From assembly GCA_000934665.2 (NCBI GenBank), contig KZ538169.1, positions 1-64,000 on the forward strand: a stretch of 64,000 nt of DNA, given 5' to 3'. This document shows, in pieces, positions 26,701 through 41,700 of the stretch (the first letter of the stretch is position 1; each line of letters begins with the position of its first letter). The notes beneath the pieces were generated by a model. That model did not search any database, was not told where the DNA came from, and saw nothing but the letters and a program-made list of their open reading frames with translations. The DNA comes from Catajapyx aquilonaris (Eukaryota). The position numbers and the translations under genes were made by a program.

Positions 26701-29700
26701 ACGTGACAGGAGTTATTTCACGGCCAGTAGTAAGTGTGCTAATGGGCTTGATTCTAGTAGCAGTTATTTTACTAGTTGCAGCCATTTAACAGTTTGGACG
26801 CTCGTGGGGTGTACGAAAAGCTGTTTTTTTTTTGCTCCTATAGCAGTTAAGCGTCACTAAGAGCTATTTCATTTCCATTTTGGAGTTATTTCAGTGTCAG
26901 TAGCAACTGTTCATGTGCTTGACTCTAGTAGCAGTTGTTTTACTACCGGTAGTAGTTTAATGTTATATTGATAGAAGTTAAACGTCAGTAGCAGCTATTT
27001 TAATTTCAGTCTGGTAGTTACTTTCATTCCACTCGTAGTTATTTAGACAATAGTAGCAGCTGTTATTTCCGGGTAGTTATGCCAGCGGCAGTGGCGCTAA
27101 TTGTAATATTTTGCTATGTTGGCAGTTAGTTTAATTTGTTCTGATAGTGGTGGTTTAAACGCTAGTGGCGGTTATTTTTAATGTTGATGGATTCCTATTA
27201 GTTTTATTGGGAAGGATCCAAAGCAGTTATGGCTGTGTTCGGCTCTCTGGACATGAGAATGACGTGGATATGAGCCACGTGCGCGGATGAGCCAATGGGA
27301 ATGAGCCTTGCGAGTCTCTTAACCAATCGTGGTTGTTAAATGTGTTTGCTTGGAGCCAGTAGTAGTGCACTGTTTTAATCATTAATGCAACGACAATTGC
27401 AGTTAATTTATTTTACTGGCAGCAGTTATTTAACTGCGAATAGCGGTTATTTCGATTGTTGTACTTGTAAGTTATTGAAATTTGCTTTATCAGTAGTTAT
27501 TTAAATTCAGTAGCACTTATTTTGATTGTTCTACTTGTACGTTATTACAATTTGCTTTAGCAGTTATTTAAATTCAGTAGCAGTTATTTTGATTTTTGTT
27601 ACATAAGTGAATAATTTGTTAGGACAGTAGACGTTTAAATGTTAGTAGCTGTTATTGTGATTGTTTTGCTGTTGGCACCTTACATTTGTTCCGGTAGCTG
27701 TTATTTAAAAGCTAGCAGGAGTAGTTTTGACTCTTCCGGTACGAGTTGTAAAGATGCCGGTATCAGTTATTATCATGTGTTCTTTTCTGATAGCAGTTCT
27801 TTTAACGCCAGTAACGGTTATTTGACTCTGGTACACTTGACTCCGGATATAACAGCCTCGATCATACAGTCCGGTTTATTTTTACTCCTAATATAGCATA
27901 CTCATTTCTACCTCACCTGGGCTATAACATACCCCCCCCCCCCCCTTTTTTTGACAACTCGGCGAGAAAATATGCCGTTTTTGATTATTTAACTTCCTTT
28001 CCCATGCCCAGGAAGGCAAAGAATACTGGATCGGGGGTGATTTTCGCATCTGTCACTGATCTAATAATTGCCGAAAAGGCCCAAGTCATTCTTTTCATGG
28101 TATATTTGGCAACAATGGGATGGCGGAAGAAAATTCCGGATTTTTAGCTAGTTTTGCATTATTGTGGATAGTTTCATTCATCTATTCTATGCAGAAGTTG
28201 GAATTATTGTTTTTAAATCCCCGTGGTAGGGCTCGAAGCCCTCTTAGGGGGGAAGGGGAGATTCCCAAGGGAAGGCGCTGTGCGATAGTCATTTCTGACA
28301 TTTTTTAAAAACACCAGGCCTTTTCTCCTGGCCCTGGGCAGAGTAGGGAGTGCAATTCTGCCCCGGCATGTCGGGTGAAAAGCAGAAAAAGACCCGACCA
28401 AGCAGCAGAAGTTGGCATTATAAGCATATGGAAAGCAAAAGTGGCGATTTGGCTATAACAGACTTCCGCTGTCCCTTGAAGCCTGTTATATCCAGAATCA
28501 ACTGTAGTTTCTTGCCACTAGCCAGGTTGTTAGTAGCACTCGTAGCAGTTATTAGTAGCGGCTATATTGGCACATTTAGAGGTGGATGGCCGATGTGGTC
28601 TTATGTCGACCTAGTATGGTCTGGTCCAAGCACTAACTAGCCCACTCCAGAGTCGGACAAAAGTACAATTAACTACCATTTTCCAACTTTGCCGTGTAAA
28701 TATTTCAAGTAGCCGTTTGGGCCAATAAACGCCCCGTTAGAATGTCAACCGCTAATTTATACCCGCCGTAAAATATTCCGCTCAAAAAAAAACAAAAAAT
28801 GGCGCACCGCAAATACCAAGCTGGTATGGCCTCCCAGGTTTGCGAACTTCTTTCATACAATTGTGGTTCATTCATTGGGCCCGCAGTTTTTGGGGGGGCA
28901 GCGTGAACTGAGGGGTGCCCCGCAGCCGGAAGGTAAACAAGTCCTAAAAGAAGCAATGGGCTTTAATTACTCCGTAGACTTTGTCTGGGGGTATGGCGGG
29001 AATATGAGGGTAGGTGAGCAAAAATAATGCCGGGTATATTTCTGGGGGCCTTGGTGGGGGTTCAATCTGGGGGTATTTTTAGACCCCCGGGCGACCCTGA
29101 GGGCAAAAACGGGGCGGGCTTGCGTCCCCACCCTGAGAGATTTATTGCTGTCCCGGAGCAACAACTCATATCTATAGGGGGGGAAGCGGCAACCCCGCTG
29201 TGACGTCACTCGGATGTGCCGATAGTATCAAGCGATAAGGGACAGAAATAGCGGGGTCAGGCCGGAAGCTAATAGTTTTTAAAAAGAGGCGAGTGAATGG
29301 AGCAGGTCGGGCTTGGCAACTAGGCGCGATTTCGTTGCCTTAGGGAAATTCGCGAAATTAAGTTCGGCGTCAAATTTATATCCGTGCAAGTAAATTCGCG
29401 AAATTAAATTGGACGTAAAATGTTGATTGGCACACGATAGTATAGACTGTCCATTTTCTGAAATGGACGCCTGGCCACGCCTCCTCTCCCTGCCGCCCAA
29501 TAAGCTTCAAGTATCCCTTTCGATCCTGCCTCTGATTGGTGCTTCATGAAACGTCACCATACGTCACGTCTCTATCTGAAAATGGTCAGACTATAATACA
29601 GGGTGTTCCAAGTATTTGATAACTGATATAGCACTTATTTTTTGTAGCCCCTAACCGTGTGATCTATAGCACCTGCTATATTCGACCCCCCTCCCCCCCA

Positions 29701-32700
29701 AGTGGGGAACATGGTTAGGGACACAAGTGACAAAAAATAACTGCTATCGGGCGATATCAGTTATCAAGAAGTGACTCAAATACTTGGCACGCCCTGTATA
29801 TTGCGCGCGGTATCGTTAAATCTGGGGGTAAAGTTTTGATTGGGACACGATAGTATTGATCCTGCAGTAACATTGCGACACTTACATAAATTCGCGAAAT
29901 TGAATTGGACGTAACGTGCTGCTTAGAACACGGTAGTATCGGATGTGTAGCAATATATTTCGCGATATCTTTAAATTCGGCGTAAAGTTTTGATTGTGAC
30001 GTGATGCCACCATACAGTTATTTTGTAATATTCGCCAAGTTAAATTTACCGTAATATTTTCCTTTGTACGTGATCGTGGCGATTGTGCAATGCTAGATTA
30101 GATTTCGTTAAGATCGCAAAATTGAATGTGCCGTGAATTTTGCGATTCGGACACGGTAGAATCGATTGTACATTAATATAGTGTCATTTAGCTAAATATG
30201 CAGATTAAATTTGGCGTCAAAATTTGCGCGGAATGTGATAGTATCGATTGTGCAATAGTATATTAGTATATTAGATTTTGTTAAATTCGCGAAATTGAAT
30301 GTACAGTGAATTTACGAGTCAGGCACGATAGAATCGATTGGGCATTATTATATTGCGCAGTTTTGTTAGATCTGCGAAATTTCATTTGGCGGCAAGTTAT
30401 AGATTTTTGAAACAATGCCGGTTGTGCAATCATATAATGCACGACTCACTACGCTCGGCAGTGGGGCTCCCCCCGTACCCTTGTTGGGCTTCGCCCCCTT
30501 CGCGTGCCTTCGGCGCTTGGTATCCCTGCCCGTTACCATTAGCACTACATTCGGGAGTTGTATCACTGGAGCGAAGGTAGCGACGCCATCCGCAGAAGGG
30601 AGAAGTACAATACTCTTGAAAACAGCGCACTCGAATAAGTTATACTGCTCTTGGCCAGGTGGTGGGGTGCTAGGCCGAAACAGACGAGTGGCGGAGGGGA
30701 GTTGAGTGGGTGGAGCGATCGTGGCGGTCGAAGGTGCAAAATCTTTGCCGTAGCTCGAAAACGGTGGGGAAACTTGCAATTCGGATAATTTTCTTGTTGG
30801 CAATTATTGTCGATGAGAGCTATCCAACGAGCCATCTCCCGACCCGATACGACGTCGGGAAGAGCGAGATATTTTGTATCCCATATCCTCCTCGGGTAGG
30901 GGCTTTATTGATACGTAAAATTAGCGAAGTTCGAGAAATGAAAATGGGCGTGAAATAGCAGGTTATTTCTGAAATTTGCGATTGGGACACGATAGTATCG
31001 GTAGGATAAAAATTGCGCATATTTTCCAGCATTCGTTACGTACTGCATTGCTCGAAAATATGAGACCAAGAATACCGGCGATTTTAATGTTCAATTCCGG
31101 TAGCAGTTATTTTGACTCTTCATTCAGGTACTAGAATTGACTTGAAATCGTTCTACTGTTAGCAGATATTGAAACGGTAAGACCGGTTACTATTATTTCG
31201 TTCCATTCGAGTTAAAAATTTTGGAACATTCGTAGCCGTTATTTGAACAGTACCTGTTGTTGAACACAAGTAGATGTTATTGGAGCATTTATAGCCATTA
31301 TGGGACACTATTAGCCGTTCCTGAAAATGTAGCCGCTATTTGAACACAAGTGGCGGTTATGAGCAAGTTATGTGAATAGTATTAGTCGCTGTTGTTGAAC
31401 ACATGTAGCCGTTATTTCAGCATTCATAGCCGTTGCTTTTTTATTTTTATTTTTAAAATTACCCCGTGATAGGGAGGAGCCCTTTTAGGGGGTAAGGGGA
31501 GGTTCCCGAGGGAGGGCGATGTAATTATAGTCATTTCTGACTTTCTGAAATACACCAGACCTTTTCTCATGGCCCTAGGCAGAGTAGGGAGTGCAATTCT
31601 GCCCCGACATGTCGGGTGAAAAGCTGAAAAAGGACCCCGTCAAGCAGAGGTGACGGGGACGGATTTGAACCCCGACCTCCCGCTTGGCTGGCCAGGGGTG
31701 TAACCACTAGACCACCGTGCCTCCACATTCATAGCCATTACGTGAACACTATTAGCCGTTCCTGAACATGTCGCCGCTATTTGAACACAAGTGGCGGATA
31801 TGCGAATCGTATTAGTCGCTGTTGTTGAACACATGTAGCAGTTATTTGAGCATTCATAGCCGTCATATGAACACCACTAGCCGTTGTTGAAAACAAGTAG
31901 CTGTTATTTAAACATTCATAGCCGTTATGCGAACACTATTAGTAATTCCTGAACATAATGTAGCCGCTATTTGAACACCAGTAGCCGTTATTTGACCACT
32001 ATCAGTTATTTGAAGGTGATTTTCCCTGCGATAGTTATATAATCGCCTTTTGATGCTTGTCACGTGACCGACTGACGTCACGGCCCGCCATTTGCAAATT
32101 TGAGCTGACACGAACCTTTTTCACCTTGCAGCCAGGTCAGGGCTATATACTAGTTTGAGTAGTCTCCTCTCTCTCAGGTCGACTTTGCCAACACGAGTCT
32201 CCTTGGGAAGTGAAAAATCGAAGGGTAAGGGATTTGCAGGCTATCGACGTGTCTATAGGCCTCCCCTCCGTATTGACTTGCTAATGGAGGATGGGGTAAG
32301 AGAGGAAGGGGAGGGGGACTATCGGAGATGATATCGGGTGGAGGAGGGGTGGGGGAGGCCGGGCGGGATTGGTCCAAGTGACTTTTATCTCTCAGACACT
32401 GGTGTCAGAAGACCCTCAGGGCACGCGAAAAGTTTGCGACAAAAGTTGACGCGATTTTTTCGACAATCCATCCCACACTTTTCGGATTCCCTGGGCGAGG
32501 GAAGGGGAGGCAGCAATTCTATACTATGTGACGATAGTATCGCTACACGGTATGGTTTGGCGTCATTATGCTTTTAGAGGTCGCTCAGGTCGTGATTTCC
32601 GCTTATTTACTGGACTTTGCCTCATCCTCTGCTCCATTAAGAGAGGATAGCCTCGTCCCAGGTTCACCACAGCCCACTTATTAGACTAGCCTCATCCTAG

Positions 32701-35700
32701 GCTCAGTTACGACTGGATAGCCTCCTCCCAGGCTCACTACAGATTAATTATTAGACTTAGCCTCAGCCAAGGCTCCCTCAAGATAGGATAGCCTCATCCT
32801 CGGCTTCATTAAGTCAGGATAGCCTCACTCCATGTTCACCACAACCTACTTATTAGACGTAGCATCATCCGAGGCTCCGTTATGACACGATAGCCTCTTC
32901 CCAGGCTCGCCACAGCCTACTTATCAGACCCAGTCTCGGTCAAGGCTCCATTGGGACTGGATAGCCTCCACCGAGGTTCGCCAGAAACTCACGACGCAAC
33001 TATTGGTCGCAGCCACCCGGCGCCTCCTCGTGATTGGCCCCAGCGTTTCATTACCTGATAATTGACCGACGGTTAATTTCGGAACAGATGCCGNNNNNNN
33101 NNNNNNNCCCCCCCAAGTAAATGATGAACCTGCGTTCCAGTGTTGCCAGACCGAAACCGCCGAGCCGCGTACATATTCATTACGGCTGCCAAGCTTTCCC
33201 CGAGCATATTCATAGTCTAATTGCAAGTTTGGGATGGGGGAGAGGAAACTCCGGGGGAAACTCTTCACCGCCACCCACTCCGGACAACCTCTCTTCGGAA
33301 CTAATCAGAGCTGGGAGCTTGGAATGATACAAGAAAGGAAGCGGGCGTGGCCTGGTTGCTTATCGGAAGATGGGCGTAGCCCCACCGTGTCGATAGTCCT
33401 GGCTATTAATTGCGCACTCACGGCTATTCGTTTGGAAAGGTGCAGTAATTTTTGTAGGGTAATAAGGAATTAACGGCCGGTTAACGGGATGGTTTGAGCA
33501 CACGAATGTTGGGTTCTAATAGGTGATAGGGAATTTAGGTAGAAATGGCAACGCCGCAATAACGTTCGTTGGCCTGCGCCGCACACTACGGACAGTAATG
33601 TTGCGCTACACAGCCCACAATAAGAGACCAGCTCGTAAACGCTCGAAATTCATTAAAATTGTCGGGCTAATGGACACGTGCCTGGCAGGTCCAGGAGACG
33701 GACAGAACTGGTGCGGTCACCGATATTCATACATTAACACCAACGTTGCCATTTTTACCGTCCAACAGTGGTCGGTGGTGGCTGAGTTGAGGTGATGACT
33801 TACCCTGTACAACAAGCAATGTCCATGTGACTGAAGTGTCATTAGAAATAGCAGTGAATTGTAATTGTAGAGCTTGGTGCGTCTGCGGGTAATGATTACT
33901 AGAAAAATGGGTATGAAATTTCCTTCCGACGTATCTGCCGCTTTTTCGTCCGAAATTGGATGATTCTCGTCCCCGCAGGTGAGCATCGGCCATATCGCTC
34001 CAGGGGCCGGACTATCGCTCGCATTATCGAGTCTTGTTACCCGGGCGAGAACTCGTCTTTTTTTTTGCGAGAATATTTTGCGGCAAAGTGGGGGTTTCGG
34101 CTTTCTCATAGAGCACCGCAAATAGATCTGCGGTTTTATTTTCGGGGCCGCGGGTTTTAACGCGGCTATTTTGGCAGACGGTATATTTAGAGGTATAACG
34201 GATGGGGACAAGCTCCAGATTTTTTTTTTTGCTTGACATTTTGTGCGAAACTGCATTGCGATATTAGTTATGCCATAGTAGTTATATTGGTTACATCACA
34301 CACACTAGTTATAACCAATATTACTATCATACTACCACAGTTACATTTCTTATATCAGTCATACTAGTTGTAACCAATATAACTCATACTACTGTGGTTA
34401 TATTGGCTATTATGCCTAACAATAACATATAACTACCATAATAACCATATAACAATATAACTCATGTTAGTTGTATAACCAATATAACACAGTTATATTG
34501 TCATACTAGTTTATCGTTTATACAGGATATTCGAAATTTGTGGGTCGTTTTATATAACAGATATTGCCCGATAGTAGTTATTTTTCTGGCTTGTTGTGCC
34601 CCCAATTTACTCCCAAAGGGTCGAATATAGCAGTTGCTATAGAATGGGGCACCTGGTTAGGGGCACAAGAAGCTACAAAAAAATAACTAGTATCTGGCGA
34701 TATCAGGTGTAAAAACGACCCACGAATTTGGAACACCCTGTATATCATACTGGCATACTGGCATATCAGCCATACTAAATACATTAGTTATACGGGGTGT
34801 TCCAAGTTCGTTGGTCACTTATCACTAATATTGCCCGAAGTGGTTATTTTTTTGTAGCTTATTGTGCCCCTAATCAGTTGCCCTATTCTATAGCTAGAAT
34901 AGCAACTGCTATATTCGACCATCTGGGAGTAATGGGGAAACTGATTAGGGGTACAACAAGCTACAGAAAAATAACAACTTCGGGCAACGTTAGTGATAAG
35001 AAAAGTGACCCACGAACTTGGAACACCCTGTATTAGTCATACTAGTTATATTGGTTATATCAGTGATACTAGTTATATTGGTTATATCAGTGATACTAGT
35101 TACATTGGTTATATCAGTGATACTAGTTATATTGGTTATATCAGTGATACTAGTTACATTGGTTATATCAGTGATACTAGTTATATTGGTTATATCAGTG
35201 ATACTAGTTATATTGGTTATATCAGTGATACTAGTTATATTGGTTATATCAGTGATACGAGTTACATTGGTTATATCAGACTGCGAGTTAGTGGTTATAT
35301 CAGGCATACTAGTTATATTAGTTATATTATTGGGATGAGTTGAGTGGGGTCAAAACGGAGCGTTATGGCAGGTCAGTCGCCTGTCGGCCATGTTGAGTGG
35401 GTGGGGAATGAATGGACCAGTTGTTTCCCTGGAGGCTAGACTTATTGAGGAGGGGGGCGGGTGGGAGGCTATTTTTATTTCGGGGGTGTCGTTTTGTAGC
35501 GTTAAAATAGCCGTCCTCGGGCCACTTGCGTCAGGGTGGTGCGCTCGACCCTGCGGATTTGGTCACGGCCACTCACCGTTTGACGCAATTTGGTTACGTG
35601 GAGCGCATGCGCAGGATTCTGTGATAAGTTGCGGGACGCCTGGCTCCAACCGAATGATAGAGCGCTCTATTAATAATAAGGAGACGTGCGTATGTATGCG

Positions 35701-38700
35701 TGCTGTTGGTTGGACACACGTGCAGCTGAACATAGATCAAGCGTGTCTCATTAGCCGGGAAGGAGGCCAAACCAGGCCTTCAGGTAGTGCTGGGCATTAA
35801 TGGCGAACAGCAGCGCCTTAGCGGCAACCCCGCTCCCTATACGGGTGACAGCTGATTAGGGCACGCGATAAGTGTCCAGACCATGGTGCTGGTTAACTCC
35901 TGGTTTATTGTACATGTTGCACCATTCTCCGGAGGTACACTAACCCGTGTTCTTACGTATGATTGCAGATGGTGACGAGGACAAAGAAGATATTCGTCGG
36001 AGGACTCTCAGCGCCTACGACGTTAGAAGATGTCAAAAACTACTTTGAACAGTTTGGACCGGTGAGTACTCGCTTTGGCATACGATCCGCCTGTTTACGC
36101 CCCTCACGTTTTGAGCCTCGGTCGTACGACCAGACACTTTGCGACCGCAAAGCATCGTGCGACCTAGGCTCAAATCGTGAGGGCGTAAACAGGCCAGGAG
36201 AGAGGGTACGTTGTGAAGAGTCGTGAGACAGCCTGGCTCGAGGCTACTTCATGAAATAAACCTGTTATTGTACACTAGATGCCATTGGTTGATCCGAACC
36301 GCAACGACCACCGTGTGAACCCGTCCAAATTAGGCCGTACTAATGACACGCTCTGGTTTTTCAAGGGCGGTGTCATTTCTAGGGCCGGTTCTCATAACAG
36401 ACTCATTAGAGACTTTGCAGAGAGACAGGTTTTAATTTGGAGAGTTTGCTCCACAAAAAAAAAGAGCGAGCGAGAGAGAAGCGAGATGAGAGAGAATCTG
36501 GGTTTTGCGGGTTTGCAATTATTTCAAAACCCGGAGTCGGTTCGGAGCCAGCCAACCAGCGCGCTGGGTGGGATCGATAGTTCGCACCAGTCTCTGCCCT
36601 GCATGCTACCTCCTTTTCCTTTTCCGTTTTCGCCTAGAAAAGCTAGCGAGAGAGAGAAAAGGATATGGCAAAATGGAGTCTCCTGGCTCTTCGACCCTGG
36701 GAACTGCGGCAACCCTGTAGGCTGGCCCGGATCCACCAATGACAACCATGGTTCTAATTGTACCACCAGCTGATTCGAACAGCGAGGGTTTCCACGCTGG
36801 CGAGAATTGGTGGTAGCGTGAGCGAGAAGCCACTGTCTAGCCCATGCTGGAGAGAATCGGTGGTAGCGTGAGCGAGAAGCCCCTGTCTAGCCCATGCTGG
36901 AGAGAATCGGTGGTAGCGTGAGCGAGAAGCCCCTGTCTAGCCCATGCTGGAGAGAATCGTCTGTAGCGTGAGCGATGGTGTAGGGTCTCAGCGGCATGAT
37001 CACCACCATTCTATGACACGTGTAGCGTGAGCGAGAATCCACTGTCTGCCCCACGCTGGCGAGAATCCGCTGCACCATGAACGTGAGCGAGAAGCCACTG
37101 TCTGGCCCACGCTGGAGAAAATAGGCTGCAGCGTGAACGTAAGCGAGAAGTCCCTTACTGGCCCACGCTGGCGAAAATCGTGAGTGTGGGTGAGTGAGTG
37201 AAAATCCTCGTTCTTGTCCACGCTGGCGAGAATCATCATTAACATGAGCGAGATTTCTCTTTCTCGCCCACTTTGGCGAGAATCCGATGCACCTTGAACG
37301 TGAGCTAGAAGCCACTTTATCGCCCCACGCTGACGAGAAACGGCTGTATACTTGAATGTGAACGACAAGCCACTCTCGCCCACGCTGGGAAGAATCGGCT
37401 CTATAGCATGAGGTTGAGCGAGAATCCACTTTCTCGCCCCACGCTGACGAGAATCGGCTGCAGTTTGAATGTGAGTGAGAAGCCACTGTCTGACCCACGC
37501 CGGAGAGAATATGCTATAGCGTGAGCGAGAAGCTGGGCCCGTTTTGTCCGCATTGCAACAATGGCCGGAATGGTCTGAACCGGAAAAATACGGGGATGAT
37601 GTAGTGGCAGTCCTGCGTGCCAATAATGATCCGTGTTGGAAGCTGGGGGGCCCTGGATCTCCTGCCCCGCAGTCCCAGGGCGGCCCCATATCACCAGGGG
37701 CCGCCATAACTCTTCCTCTCCCACCCACCAACTATCGCATCGTCCATCTTCTCCAAAGCCTATATCCCCCCCTTCCAAAGGCAGGCTACAGAGCGCACGA
37801 TATATAGAGGATTTTTATGGCGATAGTCCGATTCCGCTTTCTATGGCTTATAAGTCCGGGTTTGGAGCCGATTCTGGCCAACCGATTACATCCGGATTAC
37901 AACTGGAGGATACCATCGTCGCGTTGCAAATTATAGTCCGCGCAGCCATTAACCGTCGCTGATCTGCGGCGCACAAGACGGACATAATTGTTGGCGGATA
38001 CGAACCCGAACACTCGTAATTAATTAAAAGGAAGGACTTTCGTAATAGGAGACCGTAGTGTCACGCTGCACCAACCTACCCCATGACCTAACCTTCCTTC
38101 CCGGCGGATACACGCCTATACCTCAGCGGATACACACATAGGAAAGTAGGGATAGCTCGACCACTTTCAGAAAGGGAAGTGACGTATGATGGCGTTTCAT
38201 AAAGGACAAATCAGAGGCACGATCCTCTCCCTCCCGCCCAATGAGCTTCAAGTATCCCATCTGATCGTGCCTCTGATTGGTGCTTTATGAAACGCCATCA
38301 TACGTCACGGCCGTTTCTGAAAGTGGTTGGAGCTGTAAAAGTGTTAACGAAAGTGTGGCCAATTAAAATTATCGAGCAATTGCGATGTACCGTGCCTGGC
38401 AGGGCCAGGAGACGGACAGTACTGGGTGCGGTCACCCAAAAGCTATACAGACAACACCAACCCGATTTTAGCTGATAATTCATGAGAGGCTGATTGGTGG
38501 ACCCCAACCGACATCGACATCGTGTGAACCCCATCAGACAAATCAGAGCCGACGGGATCCCCAGGGGGGAGAAAAAAAACCGACACTACATAACTCTCCT
38601 TCCAACCATATAGTTGTTTTACAGCCTACAAAAAGTTTTTTACGGCCTAATCATGATGAACATTGAGGGGGGGGGGGGGGTCCGGGTGGCATCGATTTTT

Positions 38701-41700
38701 GGACCGGAAAAGTTTTGTCTTTCTTTTTTTTCCTTCCGCCGGTTTGAAATAAGGAAATAAGTGGATGGGAATCGGGTTAAATGGCGATTAACTCGAGTGG
38801 GGCGGGGGCAAATTTCAGTGATTGCAAAATGGGGAGTGCGAGTCTTGTATTGTGAACTACTGATGCAAATCCTAGCCTCCTCCCAGGTGCACCCCCGGCC
38901 ATTTTTGTCAGACGCCATGTTTGGTCCGGATTGTTACATTTTTAGTCAAGTGTGGACGAGCAGTAGCCACTATTGGTCCATCGAATTATTACAAGCATGT
39001 GTAGGACGCCATTTTTAGTCCATAGCAGTAGCTGCCATTATTGGTCCACCAGTGGGTTGTAAATCCGGAGAATGTTCATATCTTAGCGTCGGGTGTAGTA
39101 CAGATGTAGTAGTTGATGTCCGGGGCGATTCCAGAATTCCTTTGGATCCGGAGTGGGTGGCAAAGGGACGGCCACGAATGGAACCCTCCCCCCTCGAACC
39201 GGATCGAAGCCTCAATTCATCGGGACTCGTTTGAAAGGAAGCTCCGGCTTTTCCCCGCTCCCCCCCCTCCCCACCCTCCATTTTTGAAGAGTCGGCCCAT
39301 TGTTGGCAGCCATTGTTGTTCCGGGGTGGGATATGGGCGGCTGCCCGGAAGCTCTTGTGCTCCGGATTATATATGGCGTCGACCTAGATCGGCCACATAA
39401 CGGTTCCAACTCTACCGGAATGACGTCACCGGGCCATAACGCTGCCGAGTTATTCTTCTCTTTACGTTTATGGCCACGGNGGGGGGAATGGGCCCCCATT
39501 TTGTATCCAGCACTAGTGATAGCCCAAATGTAATGGCTTTTCTCTCTCTAAACGTATGGAGGCGTAACTGAGGCGTGTTACGGGGGTTATACTGGGCCGC
39601 CATTTTTGGTCCAGATGCATATGCAGGTCTGGAAACTCCCTCTTATCGCTTGTCGTTCGTAGGGAGAGGGGTTTCCGCTTCGGCGCTGGCGTAGTTCCCA
39701 ACCATGTGGCGATCCTGGCGGCGGACGTAGCCTCCAAAACCGTTACACGGTAGTCCCAAATCGCAAAGAGGTGCCCCAAAGTCAGAAATTCATTATTTGG
39801 CGGTTTTCATGGTCGGTAATTTCAAATCTGTTGCTAAAAATTCTCAATTATTCTAAATGGCAGATTCAATATGTCTCCATAAGTATGGGGTAGGAGTATC
39901 GGGGCTGTACGAGCGTTATGTTGTCTCTGCCGCCATATTTGGTCCAATTTCAAATCGCTTCTAAGGTTAGAGTGGGTAAGTTTTGCAAGTTGATCTAACT
40001 TCTATCGTTCGGTTTGTCTTAACTTCTCCCTCCATCTTGCTTTTGGCGAATTCTCCTTTAAGGAACTGTTGACGTGGCGCTAAAGTTTCTAGAGGTGGCT
40101 TAGCCTCCCATCTAGGCCCGGTTCCAACTATGTGTCCTCCCCCCCTCTAGGGCCATCCATTTGAGGGAAGCCAAGTTTGGAGGGCAATTCCTCATAAAGG
40201 GAATTGTAGTTTGGGAGGTGGGGAGGTGGGGGTAAGGAGGACCGAGTTTCTCCCTAATTCGCCTGCAAAAAGACGGGGGGAGGGAAGGAGGGGGGCGAAG
40301 TTGGGCCAATCCTTTTGTCTCTGACGGCGGGAAAATTGGGGCCAACTCGGTGACGTATTCGGGAATCTTGCCAAAATGGACAGTTTCAAAGTTGGGACAG
40401 GGGGAGGGAGCGGGACACTCGCGAATCATGAGCTAACTGCAAGTCGCCCTGTGGATTCAAAATGGCGGCATAGGCAGTACTATAACACTCAGGCCGTGCC
40501 AGGGGTAGTGGTACTGTACTATCAACATGGACATTTAAATGCTTTAAAGAGAAATGAACAAAATGGAGCCAAAATGGTAACTATGGACGGAAGGATCCAA
40601 AATGGAAGGGAAAAGATGGTGGAACGGAAATTTCGATATTTTCGAAGTTCCTTTTTGGGGGTGGGGGTTGGGGGGGGGGGGGGNGGGGGGAATGAAAAAT
40701 GCCGTCGCGTGCTGCAGGTTCACGTAAAAGTTTGAAGAGAACAAGTCGACTTTTTTGCGATATTATCAGGGAGGTTTGCGAAAAAAACGGCGAAAGAAGG
40801 TTGGCCTCGTTCCATACGGAGAGAAATGTACAGGCACATTTTGTGTGTAAGTGACTTGAGATATTTCATTACGGCAGTAAATTTTTTGACTCAAAAAACT
40901 CCGATTTTTTAAAGCATATGCTGATGTACTAGATGGCTCAACAAGATGGAGAAATGTCAGGCTTGCGTAGCTCGAGCGAGAGCATCCGTAGACTTCTCGC
41001 TGACAATATAACGACTCCCGCTCCAAAATTCTCGTGCACTTGTTAACACAACTAACTAATAAAATTGTAATGAAGACTGTTTTAAAATGTGTCCCATAAG
41101 AATGAAACGCCATTTTGGATATATAAAGTAAAAATGTCCCGAGCATGTCGCTAAAGCTCGCGAGGGCGAGAATTTCGAAGTGAATTTGAATTTGAGCGTG
41201 AATGCACGGACCAATGTGGTTAGACAATTTAGCTGCTCGCTAACTCTACCTATTCTCGCTAGCTTGTGTACACAAGCAGAAATGGAGATTATTTGCAAAA
41301 CTAAGTTCCATAAGTATATGTTCCATTCTGTTCCTAAGCTCGCGAGTATACTATGTAGCCGAAATGTGAGCGAGAATTGACCAACGCGGTTCAAGAATTG
41401 GTGTCACTCTCACGCTGACCCTTCGGCCGATACTCGCCAGCTTGTGAACACCTAGAATTGCAATGAAAATTATTTTTAAATATTTATGTCCCATAAAGGT
41501 CTGTTCCCAAGCTGACGAGAATACCACTACGCGGAAAAACGAGAGCGAGAGGCCAATACTGGAATAGAGTTCGACAAATGACCCCAAAAGGTGCCGAATT
41601 CGCTCAAAAAGCTTTCGAAACCGTGAGCGTTAGCGAGAAAACCATACTGGAACTCCATTCGACAGTTGACGCTTTTACAAATGTCGAATTTGCTCAAAAA

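Noticed and set aside
30338..31032. Cluster of 66-145-aa ORFs as a nested gene or transposase fragment
   Set aside because: No recognisable domain motif and no consistent frame; cannot be supported without a homology search.
34990..35343. ORFs with TSITDITNI / ISDTSYIGY repeats (antifreeze- or mucin-like)
   Set aside because: Open in several frames on both strands because the 27-bp unit lacks stops; they overlap a MITE end and have no splice support.
36791..37535. CRISPR-like repeat-spacer array, and ORFs of 203 and 243 aa on the minus strand
   Set aside because: Spacers are homologous to each other, there are no cas genes and the context is a eukaryotic intron; the ORFs are translations of the tandem repeat.
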